Under the pieces are notes generated by a model. It was not told the origin of the DNA and searched no databases. It saw nothing but the letters and a program-made list of their open reading frames with translations. DNA of 64,000 bases from Camelus dromedarius (lineage: Eukaryota): the NCBI RefSeq assembly GCF_036321535.1, contig NC_087436.1, forward strand, positions 76,882,001-76,946,000, given 5' to 3'. Shown here one piece after another: positions 1-13,289 of this stretch. Positions within the stretch are counted from its first letter, which is position 1. Each line of letters begins with the position of its first letter. Position numbers and translations under genes: made by a program.

Positions 1-1759
1 AGAACCTTCCATTCAATAAGAAAAGTAAACTTCACTGAAAGCAAATCAATAGATTTTTACATAATGAAAAATTGAAAGAAAATAAGAGATCCCATACACT
101 TTCAGGATATCATAAAACATGTAGAAATCTTTTTAGTTTGCCTAAGAACACAGAAACAGGAATTTTAAATTAAAAAAATCAAAGAATGAGAGTGATTGTA
201 GATAGAAGCAGTCAACTCAGAAGGTAGACAAAACAAGTTACAGCTAAGAATGACACCTTCCTCAAAAGAAACAAATAAAAAGGACTAGATTATCCTAAAT
301 GACGATGTTCTTAGCCTGTCTGTTCAGCTGAGGGGATTCCAGTTTGGTTATCTTTGTCCCTTTGCCCTGTAGGAGGAGGGCTCTCTATACCTATGTCTCC
401 ACCATTTTCAAAAAGAAAAAAAAAAAAAAACCTCTTTTTTAAGCTAAATATTATATTTAAAGACTTTGTAGGCAACATGAAAAAGAAACTTTTTTTTTTC
501 CGCTTCTTTGAAACTTGTTTATATAACATTTTAAACAGCCACATTGTTTCTGCTCCAAGATATTTAAGCTTTGGTATAAACTATTTTTTTAAGATAAAAA
601 AGTTTGAAATTTTTCTATTTGGAGTGCCTACCATAAGTACTACCATTTAAAAGATTTTTCATATTTTGGACCCCTTGCGTTTCTCATGGAAACCGCTTGA
701 TTAGTGCATATCCAACTTTATTTTAACAGCACATATGGCACATAGATTATCTATCCCAGTTTTCTTGGGAAGTTCTTTGAAAGGAGCAGTAGGAAAGTTG
801 TCAATCCCCAAATGGCCAATGGGTTTCATATGTAGCAAATTTGGCTAGCAAAAATACCAACTTGAGTTCACCCACACTGGACCACAAATGCCTGAGGATA
901 TTTTCCAAGTTTAGTAAACCAGAGGTTTGCTTTTGACCCTGATCTTTATACAGAGTTAACACTTCTTCATCAAATAAAGGGAGGCTCGATTTGAAGACAT
1001 TTATTTTTACAAATTTTTAAAATTTATTAATCAAACAAATGTTTAGTGCCTACTCTCCGCAAAGCACTGTTCCATGCTCTTCGGAAGACAGAGTCTATTA
1101 AGAGGATATTTGAGTTAGATATTCTAGTTATTGAATCAAGATAATTAAATAACCATAATACCAAAATTAAAATGAGGTGGAGTGTAATAGGAATTCCGAA
1201 GAGTAACAAATTACTCATAGCTGGAAAGATCAGGATTGATAAAGGACAGAGCCTTTAATCTGCATTTTGAAAAATGGGTAGTGCTTTTAAGATTAGCCCA
1301 GATGAAGGGAAGAAAACTCTGCAGAGAGAAAAGGCATAACCAGCTTCTAGCTGAAGGTAGGGATGGTGAAAAATGGCATTAATTAAGATGGGTAGAAGAG
1401 CAAGCATATTTTTTAAAGGCACAACCTTTGAATACCCCCTTTATCTTTTTCATAGGATTAGTATTATGTTTTAATCATGTATTTTATTATGCTTTCTCCA
1501 GAATATGTCATCTGACTCATAATAAGCAGTATGACTAAACAATACCTTAAAGTTAATGTTAAGGCACCTTCTTATGGAAAAATGTGCATAGAGAAATGAC
1601 AGCCTCCCTGTGCCCCACTCCAGCCTCCATCCAAGTGAGTAGTGTTTAGGCATAGAAAAGTAATAATAATAATGTCAGTGGAGACCTGAATGTATGAAGG
1701 GATAGAGTAGAAAGTAAAGCTGACAGAAGTGGGTAAGGTGCAATATGTAGAAAGCTTTA

Positions 1760-1953
1760 GGTCAATCCTGTCCATCGTCTGTTTTTGTAAATAAAGTTTT
1801 ACTAGACACAGTCATGCCCTTTTGCTTACATATTGTCTGTGGCTACTTTTGTGCTATAATAGCAGAGTTGAGTAGTTGAGACAGAAACCACCTGGCCCAC
1901 AAGCCTAAAAAATTAACTCTCTGGCTTTTAATGAAAAAGTTTGCCAACTTCTG
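1760..1953 (+). mobile_element. MER58A-like hAT-Charlie DNA element (5' end eroded)
   Basis: Diagnostic CTGTTTTTGTAAATAAAGTTTT...GCAGAGTTGAGTAGTTG...GAAAAAGTTTGCCAACTTCTG. Confidence 0.85.
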
Positions 1954-2474
1954 CCTCAGATAAAACCCTTTTAGTGTATGAACACTTTTGTGTAGACAAA
2001 GTAGAGACAGTAATACATTTTAAATATCAGAAGAGTTTGAACAGAGCTTTGCTTTTAGAAGAATAATTGGGTTGCTGTAGCAGGACAAATTAGAGAGGAA
2101 AGACACCGAGGGACTGAGAACACTTAAAATTATTTTCAAAATTGGTAAAGTTTGGCATTCTTTTATTGTTTTTTATCATATTTTCAATGAAATACTAATG
2201 CCTAGGTTGATTAAAAACTGTAGAGTTAATGGTAGAATCAGAAGAATGACACTTTTAAAAGTGAGAAGGTTAAGGAATTTCTGTGCCTCAGAGAAATACA
2301 TGTAAGTCAGAAAGTAAGCTCTGCCTGTAAAAAAATTGGAGACTGGGAAGCTGTGCAGAGGACTGTGAGTGAGAAGGCTCAGAGGAAACATCACAAGGGA
2401 AATCTCATTGTTGGAATAGGGTTGCAGAAGATCTCAACAGTAGATAGTAAGCCTGCCATTTCTAAACCAAAGTC

Positions 2475-3129
2475 CTTTACCATGTGATCCAGCATTCCCA
2501 CTCCAGAGCATATATCCAGAGGGAACTCTAATTCAAAAGATACATGCACCCCAATATTCATAGCAGCACTATCTGCAATAGCCAAGACATGGAAACAACC
2601 TAAATATCTATCAACAGAGGACTGGATAAAGAATCTGTGGTATATTTATACAATGGAATATTACTCAGCCCTTAAAAAGAGAATAAAATAATAACATTTG
2701 CAGCTACATGGATGAACCTGGAGATAATCATTCTAAGTGAAGCAAGCCAGAAAGAGAAAGAAAAATACCATAAGATACCACTCATATGTGGAATCTAGAA
2801 AAAGAAAAAAAGACACTAATGAATTTCTCAACAAAACAGAAACAGACATAGTAAACAAATTTATGGTTACCAAGGGAAAGGGGGGTGGAAAGGTACAAAT
2901 TGGGAGTTTGAGATTTGCAAATATTAACTACTATATATAAAATAGATAAACAAGTTTATTCTGCATAGTGCAGGGAACTATATTCAATATCTTGTAGTAC
3001 CTATAATGAAAAAGAATATGAAAACAAATATTTGTATGTATATGTATGACCAAAACATTATGCTGTACACCAGAAATTGACACAGCATTGTAAACTGACT
3101 ACACCTCAATCAAAAAAAAAAAAAGAAAA
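2475..3129 (+). mobile_element. 5'-truncated young L1 (ORF2 end, 3'UTR, polyA), cetartiodactyl/camelid type
   Basis: L1 3' motifs, A-tail at about 3112-3129, perfect 12-bp TSD TAAACCAAAGTC at 2463-2474 and 3130-3141. Confidence 0.92.
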
Positions 3130-4786
3130 TAAACCAAAGTCTTCAGTTCAATCCATAGGGTTCCCCCCAAAGGAGAAGTAAATTTGGTTAAAGGAACAGA
3201 TAACAATGTGAACTAGATAAAGACAAAAAGAAATACTAATAGCTACAGAGTATCTCATAGAAACTCCAGAGAGGACTGTAACGGGATCTATGGATGGGAT
3301 TAGAGTCTAATCTGGAAGGTCCAGGTTCCAATTTCAAATTTTTAGAAAAGAAGATTTTGTTGTAATGATCTAGTTAGGATCAGGCGTCCACCCTTGATTG
3401 AAACTCAAGTTCAGAGGCAGGAACATTTAATCCACATGTGGCAGACAGGGCCCCACCCTGGTGGTGAGAGTACACCTCCTAGAGATGGCATATTAGGTGG
3501 ATACCTTAAAAGGTGTCCTCCACAAGAAGGGTAGCTCCTGTTTTATAAAGAGACTCATCAAGGGAGCAAGATTCACTTTACTAAAATTCTTCTTACACCC
3601 AAATTCTCTGGGACATTTTGGTTCCACAGCGTGCAATAGCTGTATAGTTTATACCAATCATATAGCCATCTCTTTTCTGCCCAAAATAGTTTTCTCTCAC
3701 ATGCAGCTCAATTTGACAAAGAAAAGGCTGAAAATGAGTTTTATAAATTAATTTTTAAACAATTACAGTCAATATTTTGATTGATAATCGAACCAACAAT
3801 TAAAGAGAAATAAAATGCAGTGCATGGTTCAACCAACAAGCTTCTGTTTTTGAAACTCTGACCTTGACAAATTTGCATTTTAAAGACATTCATTAACAAT
3901 TTCCCTTCTGTGGCACAAATTCTGAATATAAACCAAGGGATCCCGAGTAGGCACAGACATCAGTATGTAAAGGATATCGCAGATAAATTCATGGCACCTT
4001 GAGGTGATTAGTTTAAAACTCATTGAATTTCTAGTCTTTGAATTAATGTCTTTTTTGTTCATACATGATACAGTACAAGAAGAATCATGTGGCAGTCAAA
4101 AAAATAAGCTAACAAAGTTGGTATCTTAACCATTCATCATATCCTTGACACTTCTAACAAAATGGTTTTCCACCCTGAATTGACAGTCAAAACAGAGGGA
4201 CTTCACATAGAATTTTAAACTGCATTTGTGTTAGATGGTATCACAACGCAGTACCAAACTCATGAGATCAATCACATAATTTCTCTTTTCCCTGATGCAG
4301 ATGTTAAGAAGTGTATCATCCCTTTTAACTAGTCATTTTTTGTACAAGAGTGTCTTGTAAGAGGTAAAGTGCATTGACATTCTTCATACATTACTATACA
4401 GTGGGATTTAAACGGAAAGCTGAGTTCCATGGGGAAACCAGGAAAAATATAATGTTTCTAAGTCTCCTTGCTGTGGCTTACTAAGAAAGTTTAACAATGT
4501 ACATTAAAAATGTATATGTGAGTATGAAATAAATTTCTGAAGAAATGTGACAAAATGTTTGTACCCTTTTGCTAAAAGCTATGAGCTGTTACATTTCCCG
4601 TGTCTGAGGGGACGAACCCTGTGATTGTGCCTGCGTTACTGGCTCTCTCTTTAAGTCTGACCTCCACTAGCAAAATTATATATTTAATATTCTTTATTCT
4701 AATGATTCAGGAAAAAGTTTTGGCTATTTTTGATATTTTCCCTTTCCCTTTCTGTCCATCCACCTCTTTCTAAATAATTTCTAACT

Positions 4787-5631
4787 CTTCCTTTTTTTTT
4801 TAAATTAAAGTGTATATAGTCAGTTACAATGTGTCAATTTCTGGTATACAGCATAATGTTCCAGTCATGCATATATATACATATATTCATTTTCATATTC
4901 TTTTACATTGTAAGTTATTACAAGATATTGAATATAGTTCCCTGTGCTATACAGAAGAAATTTGTTTTTACTAGTTTTATATATAGTGGTTAACATTTGC
5001 AAAATCTCAAACTCCCAAATTTAGCCCTTCCCATCCCCTTTCCCATGGTAACTATAAGATTGTTTACTACGTCTGCATATCTATTTCTGTTTTGTAGTGT
5101 CCTCTTTTTTTCTTTTCTTTTTTTTTTTTAGATCCCACATATGAGTGGTATCTTATGGTATTTTTCTTTCTCTTTCTGGCTTACTTAACTTAGAATGACG
5201 ATCTCCAGGTCTATCCATGTTGCTGGATTTTATTGTTATTTTTTTTTATCACTGAGTAGTATTCATTGTATAAATATACCACATTATTTTATTCTTTTAT
5301 ATCACTGAGTAGTATTCCATTGTATAAACATACCACAACTTCTTTATTCAGTCATCTGTCGATAGACATTTAGGTTGCTTCCATGTCTTGGCTATTGTAA
5401 ATAGTGCTGCTATGAACACTGGGGTGCATGTATCTTTTCAAATTAGAGTTCTCTCTGGACATATGCCCAGGAGTGGGATTGCTGGGTCATATGGTAAGTC
5501 TATTTTTAGTTTTTTGAGAAATCTCCATACCATTTTCCATAATGGCTGCACCAAGCTACATTCCTACCAGCAGTGTAGGAGGGTTCCCTTTTCTCCACAC
5601 CCTCTCCATCATTTATCCTTTGTGGGCTATT
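4787..5631 (-). mobile_element. 5'-truncated young L1 3' end
   Basis: PolyT followed by the reverse complement of an L1 3'UTR/ORF2 end; TSD ATTTCTAACT at 4777-4786 and 5632-5641. Confidence 0.92.
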
Positions 5632-5879
5632 ATTTCTAACTTGCTGACTTATTGATCCCACATTTATACACATATATCTCTCAAACAGGTGTCAGTGAGC
5701 ACATACATATAGATGAATCACCTTCCACGTATTAACCTGAAGGCCAGTCTCAGGTAAAGGTTTTCCTTTCCTTTTACCTGTGCCTTTAATTTTTGCATCC
5801 TTGAGATTAAACATTCACTTCTTTAACCTTCCTTCTCTGTAGGGCTCTGTATTTGGAACTTTAATACAAATGATATCAC

Positions 5880-6010
5880 ATGACAAGGAATTTCTGGAAA
5901 AGGTATTACATCTTCTGGTTGAGAAAATTAAGGCACAGAGAGTCAATACTTATCTGGTCCACTGCAGAACAGAGACTTAATTTCAAGTCTTTTGATGGAC
6001 ACTCTGTGCA
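5880..6010 (-). mobile_element. MIR fragment
   Basis: Core-like GAGAAAATTAAGGCACAGAGAG. Confidence 0.5.
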
Positions 6011-6029
6011 GTTTTCTTTCTACTGTGCC

Positions 6030-6205
6030 TTGGCAGGGCCTTGTCATCAACAGGCACAGCTTCTGTCAGGCAACCCTCTCTACACAGCTCTAGGATCTGC
6101 TCCTTCCTGACCTATTCCTACCTCATCCTTTATAAATCATCTCTCCATGAGACCATCCAATGTGAATGTTTTTCATCTGTTTCCTGCTGGGAACCTGACT
6201 GGTAT
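6030..6205 (+). mobile_element. LTR33-like ERVL LTR 3' fragment
   Basis: Terminus CATCTGTTTCCTGCTGGGAACCTGACTGGTA resembles the LTR33 end and the copy near 62190. Confidence 0.55.
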
Positions 6206-6471
6206 GGCTCACTCTCAAACAGCATTCTCCAAACCTCTGCTAACTTCCATCCCACTTCCATTTCTACCATGCTCCATCGCAACTACTCTCTCACTTGCTC
6301 CCATTAAAGTAACCATTCCTGCAATTCTTGCTCTAAACAAACAAGTTCTTTGAGCTTTCTTCATAAAGACAAGACAATCTGATAATAAAATTCACACTAA
6401 TATATATGCATCACTAGAAAATATTTATGTATTACCTTTCCTTCTACCCCATCTCCAAGCTGACCAACAGT

Positions 6472-6495
6472 ATTTGCATATTTGCATATTTGCAT
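6472..6495 (+). promoter_or_regulatory. Three tandem octamer motifs (ATTTGCAT)x3
   Basis: Perfect ATTTGCAT repeated three times; function not shown. Confidence 0.4.
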
Positions 6496-8740
6496 TAATC
6501 TCAAAAAATAAATATTGATGGCAGAATGCCAGGCATCTGTTGCAGGTGGTTTAACCATGTAGGCCCAAAAGTCTGTAGTCAGGGAGAGGGAGTGCCAGCT
6601 AGGGCTGAGTTTCAAAGCTACTTTTGTAGCATCTAACTCTCTCTCAGTCTACTTTGAATCTGATTGGTGATAAAAGCACCTACTAAGTAAATACTGATAA
6701 GTAATAAGTAATATTAAATAGGAATAAAAATGTGTGTTTTAGATGGAAAGTTCCAGGAGGGCTTTCTATATAGGATGGTTAAATATGGTCTTCAACTCTT
6801 AGTCAAAATAATTTTTTCAATGAGGTAATATAGTCAGAAAATTTTCAGTGAACATATTCTTTGTTATTCTGTGTAATTACTGATTCTTTTCCTATGTAAT
6901 ATAGATGCAAGAAGTCCTATGTACATATCAACTAGATAAAATATAAACAAAAAATATATGACTAAAAATTTCCTATTATAGACTTTTTTTTTAAATAGGC
7001 ACATTAGAGAGGATTGAAGATTGGATTGTATGTACATTATCAAATAATAACCCAAATAAAAATATGCTTCCAGACATGTACAGATGGCTGTTTTATAATC
7101 ACTGAAACTTTAAAATGATGAAATATGGCTGGCCTTTGGGTTTCCTGGATGAAGTCTATTACAGGATGATTTAGCATCTGAGGATCCAGAGAATGTATAA
7201 CAAGTGTTATCACCAAAATAATGTTGGATAAAGTCTTCAGCCGAGCAGAAGTAAGAAAGCAGCCTGGGGCCTTGGGAACCTTCTGTCTGGCCTGTGGCAC
7301 CGTTATCTGCCACAGTATCTAGTCTGTACAGAAACCTTATTTTAATTTCACTTGGGATCCATATGTTTCTGCTGACCTTTCCTTGCAAAGATGACTTTTT
7401 TCCCACATTTTGCTATTTTCTGCTCTCTAAGCATGTGGGTATTTTTAAAAATTCTTTTGGTTTTGTTGAAGTGACATTTCACTAGCTAAGACAAACAAAG
7501 CTTCTAACATAAGGGTAGTGATTAAGAGTTTGATAGCATCTTAAATGTACACATAGCATAAAGAGAATCACAGGCAGCACATTCTGTATTCTGATACAAA
7601 CATCTATGCTTCTAATACCATATTTGTTTAATCCAATAATCATCTTTAGCTTTGGTCTTGTCAAAATGAACTCGAGTGCTTTTTAATTACTTGTTGGGTT
7701 TTCTCTTAATGCACTTTTAAGAATACTCAGAAACCATATGGATACAATACTCATTTTTAATCCCTGCACAAACTGAGTTTTCCAATTGCCATTTAAAATA
7801 TGTAATACTCATCAAGAAGGCATGGCTGGAATGCAGCTTTTTGTGAGAGAAGGCTTTACCCTAACCAACTGTACTGAAAGATAGTTGAAGAAAAGTGTCA
7901 CCAGATGATCTGCACGAAGTCAAAGAACACAGATCTGTCAGCGTGGCTTCAGCACCACCCAGAGATGAAGGTGACTTGGCCAGCTGATGTGGACATTCTG
8001 GTTGCTTGGCAAAAAATATCACCTGAGAGTGTGTTGGGGGACATCACATGTCCTAATTTGATGGTATCAGCCATTAAAAGCAGCCCATAACTGTGCTCTG
8101 ACTGCCTTTCTACCAACCAATCTGAATTTCCATGGAAACATTTTTTCACAGGGGACAGAATGTGCAAACCAGGTGATATCGGCATTTTAATTCATTTGGC
8201 AGTTGTACTTTTCACTGAAAATTAATAAACAAATTGTCACACTGAGTTATAAAAATAGATACCTATTACAAAATTATTATCTCTGTCTTGCTTCCATAGT
8301 GATACTAATGTTTAAGCAATTCCTATAATTTCTTTTTCTTTTTTTTCCCACCTTCTCTATTCCTTACCTCCTAGCAAAACCAAATGTCAAGTATTATTCT
8401 CTCTATTTTACAGGGCAACTATGAAAGCAAAGTGAAAGAATATAAGTTAAAGTACTTTTATTAAATATAATACCTATGTAATTTTATAATTGAAATTAGT
8501 AGCTTGCACATTGTAGGTACTCAGTAAACCCTGTGGATATGCCCCCTTGCTCCACAAAGGTGTTAGGGAAGTCATCAAAAGATTATTTAGGAAATTTATC
8601 TCTCTTCTTTCTTACTCGAATTGGCATTGTTTCTTTTAATCTGGTTCTTTTTAACTTAAACATAAAGGATAAATGTAACAGTCGCTTATAAGCTTTACTG
8701 TTCCTACCCCACATGTACCTTCTCTTCGTTTTTACTATAC

Positions 8741-8770
8741 TGTGTGTGGGTATGTGTGTGTGTGTGTGTG
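8741..8770. repeat. Imperfect (TG)n microsatellite
   Basis: Read directly. Confidence 0.85.
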
Positions 8771-8984
8771 CGATGCGTGTACTCAGAGCCAAATATTTAT
8801 TCCTCTCCTTACTCTGCATTGATTTTTCTTCCCATCTTACAAAAGCATTGTCAAAATAGGATTAGTTAAGCTTTACTGAGTACTATACTATATAAATATA
8901 TTATCTTATTTAATATTCAAAATAATCATAAGACATAGACATTATTTATTGAATTCTTACTGTGTGCTTGGTCTTGTTTTGCCA

Positions 8985-9095
8985 TTTACCAAGGAGAGAA
9001 CTGAAGTTCAGAAAATTCAAGCAACATGACAAAGGTCACAGGACTCATAGATGGAGAAGCGGAAATTTTAGTCCAGACATGTTTGACTCCCTGGT
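8985..9095 (-). mobile_element. MIR fragment
   Basis: GAACTGAAGTTCAGAAAA...AAGGTCACAG...TTTGACTCC. Confidence 0.55.
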
Positions 9096-9110
9096 ACTCT
9101 ACTGATTGTC

Positions 9111-9511
9111 TTTTTTAAATTTATTTTTTAATTTTTGTATTGAAGTATAGTTGATTTATAACATTACACTAGTTTCAGGTGTACAGGATAGTGATGTAAT
9201 ATTTCTACAGATTATAATTTTAAAAGTTATCTCAAGAAAATGGCTATAATTCCCTGTAGTATACAATATATCTTCATTGCTTATCTATTTGATACATGAT
9301 AGTTTGTATCTTTTAATCTCCTACCCTTAATTTGTCCCTCCTCCCATCCTTTTTCCCTTTGGCAACCACTAGCTTGTTTCCTATATCTGTGAGTCTGTTT
9401 CTGTTTTGCATATACAATCATTTGTATTATTCTTTAGATTCTACATGTGATATCACATAGGATTTGTCCTTCTCTGACTTATTTCACTAAGCATAATATT
9501 CTCTAAGTCCA
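9111..9511 (-). mobile_element. L1 3'UTR fragment, older than the 2.5 kb and 5 kb copies
   Basis: T-rich tail then ATTGAAGTATAGTTGATTTA...GTTTCAGGTGTACA; degenerate TSD TACTGATTGTCTTT / TACTAATTGGCTTT. Confidence 0.85.
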
Positions 9512-10644
9512 TACTAATTGGCTTTATATTTTTATTTTTCATTATTTATAAAGTAACACAATTCTCATTTTCATCCCCTACCCCTAATCCTTGATAAAAA
9601 GACGAAATCCATTTTCAAATACTTTAGCAGCATCTTCTTGTATTATCTTTATATTTCCAATACTATGTAAAAACAAATAACATACTTATTGTTATATATC
9701 CTGACTTTTCACTAATGACTATATGGTATAAAAGATGAGATTTAACTCCCTTATACCACAGCCTTGCATGTAGACGTTTCCCTCCCTCTGTCTTTTTGAA
9801 AGAGCTGTAACATTTGTAAGTCTTTTTACATGGGCTGTGTTCTCCCAAAGAAGAATCCTGCAATCTCCTGCCTGAGGAATATAAATTTGGCCTCCAGAAT
9901 TCTGGATGTTAAGAATCCCATGAAAAAGTGTCCTGGGGGTCTCATTTTTCAGAAAATAGACTTTCACATTTTCTCCACTTTTATTATGGCATCTCTCCTC
10001 CATACCCACTCCTATCTGGAATCGCTAAGACCAGAACATCTTTGGTTCAACCAGTTAACCTCCAGGCTTTCGCTTGGGCAGGAGAAGGAATAGGGAGAAT
10101 GAGTGCTCCTCCCTGTAACACAACGCTGTCAACCTCTTCTGCTTTCAGCCCCATCCTGCACTCTCACCTTCAGAAGAATCTGGTGGTTTCAATTCAGGAG
10201 CATTTCCAGGGTTCAGCAGTTTTAATTAGCTTATTGGTAGGCTTAGGTTTCAGCTTTCCTAGATCTGCTAAGTCATTTACCATTTGTCCATCTGCTTGGC
10301 AGCTTCCAAAATTACCCGTTGTTCCAAAAATGTACTGGAATGTTAAGTGAGTAATTGAGAGGTGAGGTCTTACACTTTGAATTAGCAAGCCACATCAACC
10401 AACGAGAACACATTTGCCCACAGTGTTCTCAGTATCCTGGCCTTCTCTGAAGCTATTTAGGGGATGAGAATGTTGACTAAGAGGAAATTATAGATTATCC
10501 AATTTCCACTTAAATCTATGATTAAATAACCCTATGTGAAAATTATTTGTAAGAACATACCCCCATCACTGTTTCACATATAAGCTTGGCTTGTCTGCTT
10601 GCAAACAGTCCCTCTCCCTGGACCATCTCTGCTTCTTGTCAGTT

Positions 10645-10712
10645 TATCCCCTGTGCCAAGCATGTGTCTGACCTAAAATGGGTGCTCAATAAATGTTTGT
10701 TGAAAGAATAAA
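10645..10712 (+). mobile_element. L2 3' end
   Basis: GGTGCTCAATAAATGTTTGTTGAAAGAATAA. Confidence 0.7.
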
Positions 10713-11914
10713 CACAAAGACCTCCCCCTTAGATGGAGGTTTATTTCAGTTCAGCAAGAAAATTTTAGAGTTGACTGTCATTGTTATTCCCAAATGGAAT
10801 TATATTGCATCAAAATTGGCTTCATGATTATGGAGAACAGCAGTGAAATCCTCATGAGAAACTTCCTCGTACTTTCTTATTCACAAGTATCACAAAAATA
10901 TGAATCCTTCTTAAGATATTCTACCTAATGCCTACTTTGGATAGAAACTGAAATTTTCAGAGGAAATATATATATAAATGTTTCACATTTGAATCTCATC
11001 CTCAAACTCAAGATGTTCAAGAATTTAATATTGTTTTTGCTGTTCTAACTCTTAAATTTCTACTGGGGTAGTAAGTCCCTGAAGTGATTAAACAATCTTA
11101 GTCAATCCCTGTGACTCCCCACTCCCTTTCTTGGGGTGTGTCCACAATCAGAGGGACTTCTTCAGTACCAAGGTATGTAGATATGTGGAAGGAGTGGAGG
11201 AAGGAGGTAGAACCTGGTCCACAATGTCATTTCCACATGGCATGTGCCTACCAGCTTCAGTCTGCAAAAGGGAAAAAGGGAAGAGGGTGGAAGATGAACT
11301 TAAGAGGAGGGAGAGTGGGAATGGAAAATGCCAATAAAAACTTGATAACTATCTCAAAAATATTATCTCACTTTTCCCAGTTGGAATCTCAAGGGGTTGA
11401 TCTACTTAAGTTTTGACTTTATCACATCCTTGTCCAAACTTCCTCCTTGTTCTGGTCCTTCCACAAGCTCTCTGTGTCCCCTTCCCACATTCCCCAGCGG
11501 CTTATCTCGCCTGGCCCAGGCTGTTTGTTTGTGTCTCACAGTTGTCCTGCTGCCAACAGGGTGGGATGACCAGGCTGAGCCAAGCTATCCGGATAATGTC
11601 ACTCCTGGCAGGAAGAGAGATTTGCAGCAGTAACACACTGCGCCTTCCACATTCCGGACACTCCCAGGAATCCTGTGGGACCCACTTATACAAAATTGGC
11701 TCTCTGCTTCATTCATCTGGCAGCCAAGACCCATAAACTAAATCTGGTTTCCAGCAACAGCAGTGGTAATATCAATATCAAAATTGGTTTGATCCATTCC
11801 ACAAATGTAAAATTTTGTTTTTTATTTGCTTTGACAAGTACTCCTGCAAGCAGTGTTTCTGGAGCCCACCTCCAATCATGATTTGTACTGAGAACTTGAC
11901 TTTTATGAATCATA

Positions 11915-12132
11915 ACAATAATAACAACCGACATACAATGAATACTGTTCTAAGCCGAGGCTAAATGTTTTACACAAACTCTCTCACTAAGTCCTCATCA
12001 CAATCTCATCTCCATTTTACAAATGAAGAAATAGTATTATTGAGAGTAGTTACCTTATTTGCCTGAAGTCATGAATACTAAGTCCAGAACTAATCAAGAA
12101 TTTTATCAGAACCTGAGTGCTTAACCACTATC
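11915..12132 (-). mobile_element. MIR
   Basis: CTCCATTTTACAAATGAAGAAA core and terminal GCTTAACCACTA. Confidence 0.65.
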
Positions 12133-12580
12133 ATATTCGACCAACAGAACTGATATAAAAATCCGTAAGTAATCTATAACTTAACAGTTATAATACAGAC
12201 AGTACCAGAAACAGACATCATTAGGAAAAGAGAAATTTAGACTTACACTAACTGTTCTGGTTAAAATATTTATTTCTCAATTAAAATACTAGACAGATAT
12301 ATAATTAACACTAAAATGCATCCTGAAGAAGGCAAGAGTGAATAGGTCTAATTTTTTAACTTTAGAGACCCATTCATAGATATCACAATGATGAAACCAC
12401 TAACCAGAGAACCAAAAACAAAACAAACCAATAAACAAAAACGCCTATCATTCCACTTCCACCTCTCTTTTCTATAATTTTCTTCTCCAGGATATAAAAT
12501 ACTATGGAAACGTATATTTATTTATACTCATGTTATGAAAATACAACCTGCAAGAGGAGAACCACCAATAAACCAGGAAC

Positions 12581-12806
12581 TGAGATTTTCAGATACTAAC
12601 TACTGTATGTAAAATAGATAAACAACAAGTTTCTACTGTACAGCACAGGGAAATATATTCAATATCTTATAGTAACCTATAATGAAAAAGAATGTGAAAA
12701 GGAACATATGTATGTTATTTTATGAATATTATGTTGTACACCAGAAACCGATGCAACATTGTAAACTGACTATACTTCAATTTATAAAAAAGGAAGGAAA
12801 AAAAAA
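12581..12806 (+). mobile_element. Short young L1 3'UTR tail
   Basis: Highly similar to about 2910-3125 (TAACTACT..AAAATAGATAAACAA..CAGGGAA.TATATTCAATATCTT), A-rich tail. Confidence 0.9.
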
Positions 12807-13289
12807 CTTAGGGAAAAATTAAAACACGATAAAGCTCCTTTGTTAAAAACAACAACAACAACAACAAAACAGCAATCAGAGACTACATTTAGTGCAAACT
12901 CAACCACTAACCAGCTATGAAAACGGAGTAAATGTGTTGCTTGATTTCTCTGCCTTGAAGAAACATTGTGCAGAATTAAGGGTGCTGGACTGAATGAACT
13001 CGTAGGTTTTTTCCAGCATGAACATTCTAGTATCTGAGTTATGTGGTTTATGTTACCAATACTCCTTTGCTAAACTAGCAGGCCCAGAGGGAGCTTTTGA
13101 AGAAAAAAAAAAAAAAATGAGGAAATTAACAATAATTAAGGCTCTATCTTACAGATCAAGCCCAAAGTTTCCATATTTCTAAAAGGTAAGTAATTCTATC
13201 CTCTCAACTATTATATCATATAAATACAGTCGAAATGATCCCAAAATGGCATTTTTATACCATTTGGGGACTTCTACCTTAAATACTAT

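Noticed and set aside
311..650. Overlapping ORFs near the window start
   Set aside because: Dominated by polyA/polyT runs; no recognisable product
7948..7968. REST/RE1-like TTCAGCACCAC
   Set aside because: Only the left half matches; the GGACAG right half is absent
9928..10350. 140-aa ORF
   Set aside because: GTG start, no recognisable homology or exon structure; length compatible with chance
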